Positions 62,865-64,000 of a DNA stretch of 64,000 nucleotides are shown piece by piece; position 1 is the stretch's first letter, and every line of letters starts with the position of its first letter. The stretch comes from Octopus vulgaris (Eukaryota), in the NCBI GenBank assembly GCA_951406725.2, contig OX597814.1, positions 135,036,001 through 135,100,000 of the forward strand, in the 5' to 3' direction. The notes under the pieces are model-generated. The model saw only the letters and a list, made by a program, of their open reading frames with translations, did not search any database and was not told the origin of the DNA. A program made the translations under genes and the position numbers.

Positions 62865-63405
62865 AGTAAAATGAAGATTATGAAGAAAGGAGGAGAAAAT
62901 AAATAAGATGTTAAACACATACTAGAAAAAGTGTAGAAATATGAAATGAAACAGGAAAAAAGGATCTAGATTCTCTGATGAATATAAAAATGAGGATGAT
63001 GATGATAATGATTATTGCTTTTAAGCTCTAAGACAGCCCAGATTAAGCAAACATATATTCAAAGACATTCCATCCATGATCACTCCAGTCTTCCACATAC
63101 TGAAGAATATACTATCCTATGTGTCCTGTTGTCAAGAGATTTGAAGGAGCTTACGCTCCAATTTGTAACAGGCTGAGCAACCATGTAGAGGCTCCTTCAT
63201 TAATGATGATGAAGATGATGTTAGTAATAGAGATGATGACAAAATTCTTTATAATAATAAAAATTAAAGAAAAAAACCTTACTTTATTCATTTCTTTTGT
63301 TGTTTGCTTCAATTGTGAGGAAGTTTTCTTAAAATTTTTTGTAATTTCTTCAACGTTCTGTTCCAGCTGACTTATTGTTTCTTCTTTCTGAGCCAGTAGT
63401 TTTTT
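26172..63405 (-). CDS. EEA1: EEA1 ortholog (early endosome antigen 1), 3' part; 19 exons, about 689 aa visible; long coiled coil plus C-terminal FYVE domain; 5' end outside the window
   Basis: Hand-spliced GT-AG exons join in one open frame. The C-terminus reads ...[125 protein letters not shown]. This has the WxxD, RKHHCR and RVC FYVE motifs and the EEA1-type [11 protein letters not shown] segment; [16 protein letters not shown] upstream also resembles vertebrate EEA1. Confidence 0.95.
26555..27010 (+). mobile_element. Decayed 3' region of an RTE LINE in the last EEA1 intron
   Basis: Remnant [16 protein letters not shown]...[12 protein letters not shown], typical of RTE ORF C-termini. Confidence 0.65.
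27418..27634 (-). mobile_element. tRNA-derived SINE with a conserved central domain (gtcgactttgcctttcatcctttc...taagtaccag; Meta/MESC-like)
   Basis: B box gagttcaaattcc; copies near 1400 (+), 3480 (-), 12450 (-), 27940 (-), 28468 (+), 32345 (-), 32995 (+) and 45810 (-); family name from memory. Confidence 0.8.
28468..28680 (+). mobile_element. Same Meta-like SINE family, plus-strand copy
   Basis: ggtggcaggctggcag...gagttcaaattccactgaggtcaacttt...aagtaccagttgag. Confidence 0.8.
29324..29727 (+). mobile_element. CORE-like octopus SINE copy
   Basis: Aligns along its length with 18066-18462. Confidence 0.8.
31503..31601 (-). CDS. EEA1: EEA1 exon (99 nt), N-terminal half of FYVE
   Basis: ctttag acceptor, gtaagt donor; [33 protein letters not shown]. 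Confidence 0.95.
33380..33500 (-). CDS. EEA1: EEA1 exon (121 nt, phase 2-0)
   Basis: ccacag acceptor, gtgagg donor; [40 protein letters not shown]. Confidence 0.95.
35874..35928 (-). CDS. EEA1: EEA1 exon (55 nt, phase 1-2)
   Basis: ctgcag acceptor, gtaaaa donor; (E)[17 protein letters not shown](R); phases fit both neighbours. Confidence 0.92.
37343..37526 (-). CDS. EEA1: EEA1 exon (184 nt, phase 0-1)
   Basis: ttatag acceptor, gtatga donor; [61 protein letters not shown]. Confidence 0.92.
39115..39204 (-). CDS. EEA1: EEA1 exon (90 nt, phase 0-0)
   Basis: tactag acceptor, gtaagt donor; [30 protein letters not shown]. Confidence 0.88.
40301..40396 (-). CDS. EEA1: EEA1 exon (96 nt, phase 0-0)
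   Basis: tttcag acceptor, gtaggt donor; [32 protein letters not shown]. Confidence 0.9.
41239..41370 (-). CDS. EEA1: EEA1 exon (132 nt, phase 0-0)
   Basis: ttccag acceptor, gtaaat donor; [44 protein letters not shown]. Confidence 0.87.
42568..42657 (-). CDS. EEA1: EEA1 exon (90 nt, phase 0-0)
   Basis: ttacag acceptor, gtaagt donor; [30 protein letters not shown]. Confidence 0.85.
43230..43388 (-). CDS. EEA1: EEA1 exon (159 nt, phase 0-0)
   Basis: ttttag acceptor, gtattt donor; [53 protein letters not shown]. Confidence 0.88.
43712..44050 (+). mobile_element. Octopus SINE-like repeat with about 63-bp internal tandem units and the ggttggcattaggaagggcatccagc core
   Basis: About three units containing gtaaaaagcacc, then the conserved core and a (GAT)n tail; relatives near 7545, 23475, 31140, 37000, 42185, 42885 and 46722. 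Confidence 0.75.
44150..44560 (-). mobile_element. Heavily decayed LINE (CR1/Jockey-like) reverse-transcriptase fragment
   Basis: [32 protein letters not shown] resembles the WKxAxVxPIxK...NYRPISLL motif; VKGAF follows downstream. Confidence 0.5.
45029..45118 (-). CDS. EEA1: EEA1 exon (90 nt, phase 0-0)
   Basis: ttgtag acceptor, gtaagc donor; [30 protein letters not shown]. Confidence 0.85.
46235..46330 (-). CDS. EEA1: EEA1 exon (96 nt, phase 0-0)
   Basis: ctctag acceptor, gtataa donor; [32 protein letters not shown]. Confidence 0.85.
46391..46455. repeat. 22-bp tandem repeat x3 inside a 157-nt EEA1 intron
   Basis: gtataatgatgaggacgaagaa repeated three times. Confidence 0.9.
46488..46535 (-). 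CDS. EEA1: EEA1 exon (48 nt, phase 0-0)
   Basis: long pyrimidine tract then tatag acceptor, gttagg donor; [16 protein letters not shown]. Confidence 0.83.
46625..47146. mobile_element. hAT (Charlie-like) MITE with a nested SINE-like insertion at about 46722-47000
   Basis: Termini cagtgtttctcaac / gttgagaaccactg; degenerate 8-bp flanks ctttaaaa / attcagaa. Confidence 0.7.
47267..48191 (-). mobile_element. Internally deleted DD34D mariner in an EEA1 intron
   Basis: TIR ttgggtcatcccataaataatgcag with TA duplications. ORFs give the HTH ([25 protein letters not shown]) and HQDN...[14 protein letters not shown] with 34 residues between the Asp residues; the WVPHEL linker and first Asp are missing. 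Confidence 0.9.
49665..49772 (-). CDS. EEA1: EEA1 exon (108 nt, phase 0-0)
   Basis: tttcag acceptor, gtatgt donor; [36 protein letters not shown]. Confidence 0.88.
51687..51692 (-). CDS. Candidate 6-nt EEA1 microexon (ACC CGG = Thr-Arg)
   Basis: ttgttgtctgcatttcag|ACCCGG|gtatat; UGC just upstream of the AG, U-rich tract and two TGCATG downstream; preserves frame. Confidence 0.45.
52731..52932 (+). mobile_element. Short 3' end of the same CR1-group LINE
   Basis: Near-identical to the reverse complement of 20451-20640 (gcacctgagcactgtatacaataatttcattattatt). Confidence 0.85.
53696..53731 (-). CDS. Candidate 36-nt in-frame EEA1 cassette exon ([12 protein letters not shown])
   Basis: ttttcaccag acceptor, TTG|gtaagt consensus donor, TACTAAC branch point at 53774-53780, phase 0-0 with no stop; not coiled-coil-like; no transcript evidence available. 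Confidence 0.45.
54117..54257 (-). CDS. EEA1: EEA1 exon (141 nt, phase 0-0)
   Basis: tttacag acceptor, gtaata donor; [47 protein letters not shown]. Confidence 0.87.
54308..54720. repeat. Degenerate minisatellite, unit about 31 bp
   Basis: Recurring cagatatagtactgctgtgtcatatctctag-like units. Confidence 0.7.
55643..55862. mobile_element. piggyBac-type MITE, second copy
   Basis: Aligns end to end with 837-1055 (ccctttag, ggccatatc-like, cctacaatgttattct motifs); TTAA on the right flank. Confidence 0.8.
57570..57965 (+). mobile_element. CORE-like octopus SINE copy
   Basis: Aligns along its length with 18066-18462. Confidence 0.8.
59627..59713 (-). CDS. EEA1: EEA1 exon (87 nt, phase 0-0), probably an alternatively spliced cassette
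   Basis: ttgcag acceptor with a weak pyrimidine tract, gtaagt donor; [29 protein letters not shown]. Confidence 0.85.
60776..60898 (-). CDS. EEA1: EEA1 exon (123 nt, phase 0-0)
   Basis: poly-T tag acceptor, gtgagt donor; [41 protein letters not shown]. Confidence 0.88.
61312..61410 (-). CDS. EEA1: EEA1 exon (99 nt, phase 0-0)
   Basis: ttgtag acceptor, gtaagt donor; [33 protein letters not shown]. Confidence 0.85.
62297..62508. mobile_element. Fully palindromic (foldback) Tc1/mariner-type MITE
   Basis: cagta...tactg termini with TA on the right; the two halves are reverse complements around the central tggcca (62400-62405). Confidence 0.8.
62593..62862. repeat. (TG)n/(TA)n/(CA)n microsatellites
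   Basis: Direct inspection. Confidence 0.9.
63283..63405 (-). CDS. EEA1: EEA1 exon (123 nt, phase 0-0)
   Basis: ctag acceptor, gtaagg donor; [41 protein letters not shown]. Confidence 0.85.
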
Positions 63406-64000
63406 CTAGAGAAGTCAGAGAAATACTAAATGAACAAAGCAGTCATCAAAATATTCAAAGATTCAATAATAATTTAGTCATTTGCAATTGTATAAAAGTA
63501 AACACAGAACAAAAAAAAATAGCATTATCAAATTAGAATTAACTGTTAATTGCTTGAACAAATTATTAAAAGAAACAGGAGACAGCCAATCTAATTAGCC
63601 AATATGTGTCTCATAGTAATAAATATTAATGGTTATATGTGATGATTTGGTGAGTCCCATAACACTCTGAAACATAGAGGTCTATCAAACATTTCATCTT
63701 TATGTAGTACACAAAGAACAAGTTAGCTTTGCAGAATCCATTCCTGTCTGAGCTAATCCACAGGAAGAATTCAATGTAAAACTCTGCAATATAAGCTTAT
63801 GATGCACTTAGAAGTTTATAATTCTCACTATTTACACTGTTGTATCTATTTACAGCTAGGCAGTCTTGGCTATTTGAGAGTTAAATGTTTTGGTCACAGA
63901 TACAAAACAGTATTAGTGACAAGATATGTATAAACAACTAATGTCTTGATTACTTATCTGGTATCCTACCAATTTGGCCTAGAAGATTGACAGAGATTAT

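Overview
AT-rich, repeat-dense animal DNA. The SINE/MITE families and the type of C2H2 zinc-finger gene point to a coleoid cephalopod, most likely Octopus (inference from recalled repeat families). Two genes lie on the minus strand. (1) The 3' part of an EEA1 (early endosome antigen 1) ortholog: 19 exons assembled by hand with canonical GT-AG sites from 63405 to the stop at 26172, about 689 aa of coiled coil ending in a complete FYVE domain; the 5' part lies beyond the window. (2) A C2H2 zinc-finger gene with 11 fingers in one coding exon (16236-17270) and a likely non-coding first exon in a CpG-rich region near 19.5 kb. The rest is transposon debris: DD41D, DD37D and DD34D Tc1/mariner elements, RTE and CR1 LINE fragments, piggyBac-, hAT- and Tc1-type MITEs, a HINE-like element, many SINEs and microsatellites. 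The most interesting signal is a possible splicing programme on the EEA1 coiled coil: 14 consecutive phase-0 exons, a candidate 6-nt microexon with an upstream UGC and downstream TGCATG sites, a candidate 36-nt proline-containing cassette exon, and an 87-nt exon between a YCAY cluster and a YGCY/TGCATG cluster. These come from motifs only and need RNA-seq confirmation. Most short ORFs in the supplied track are noise.
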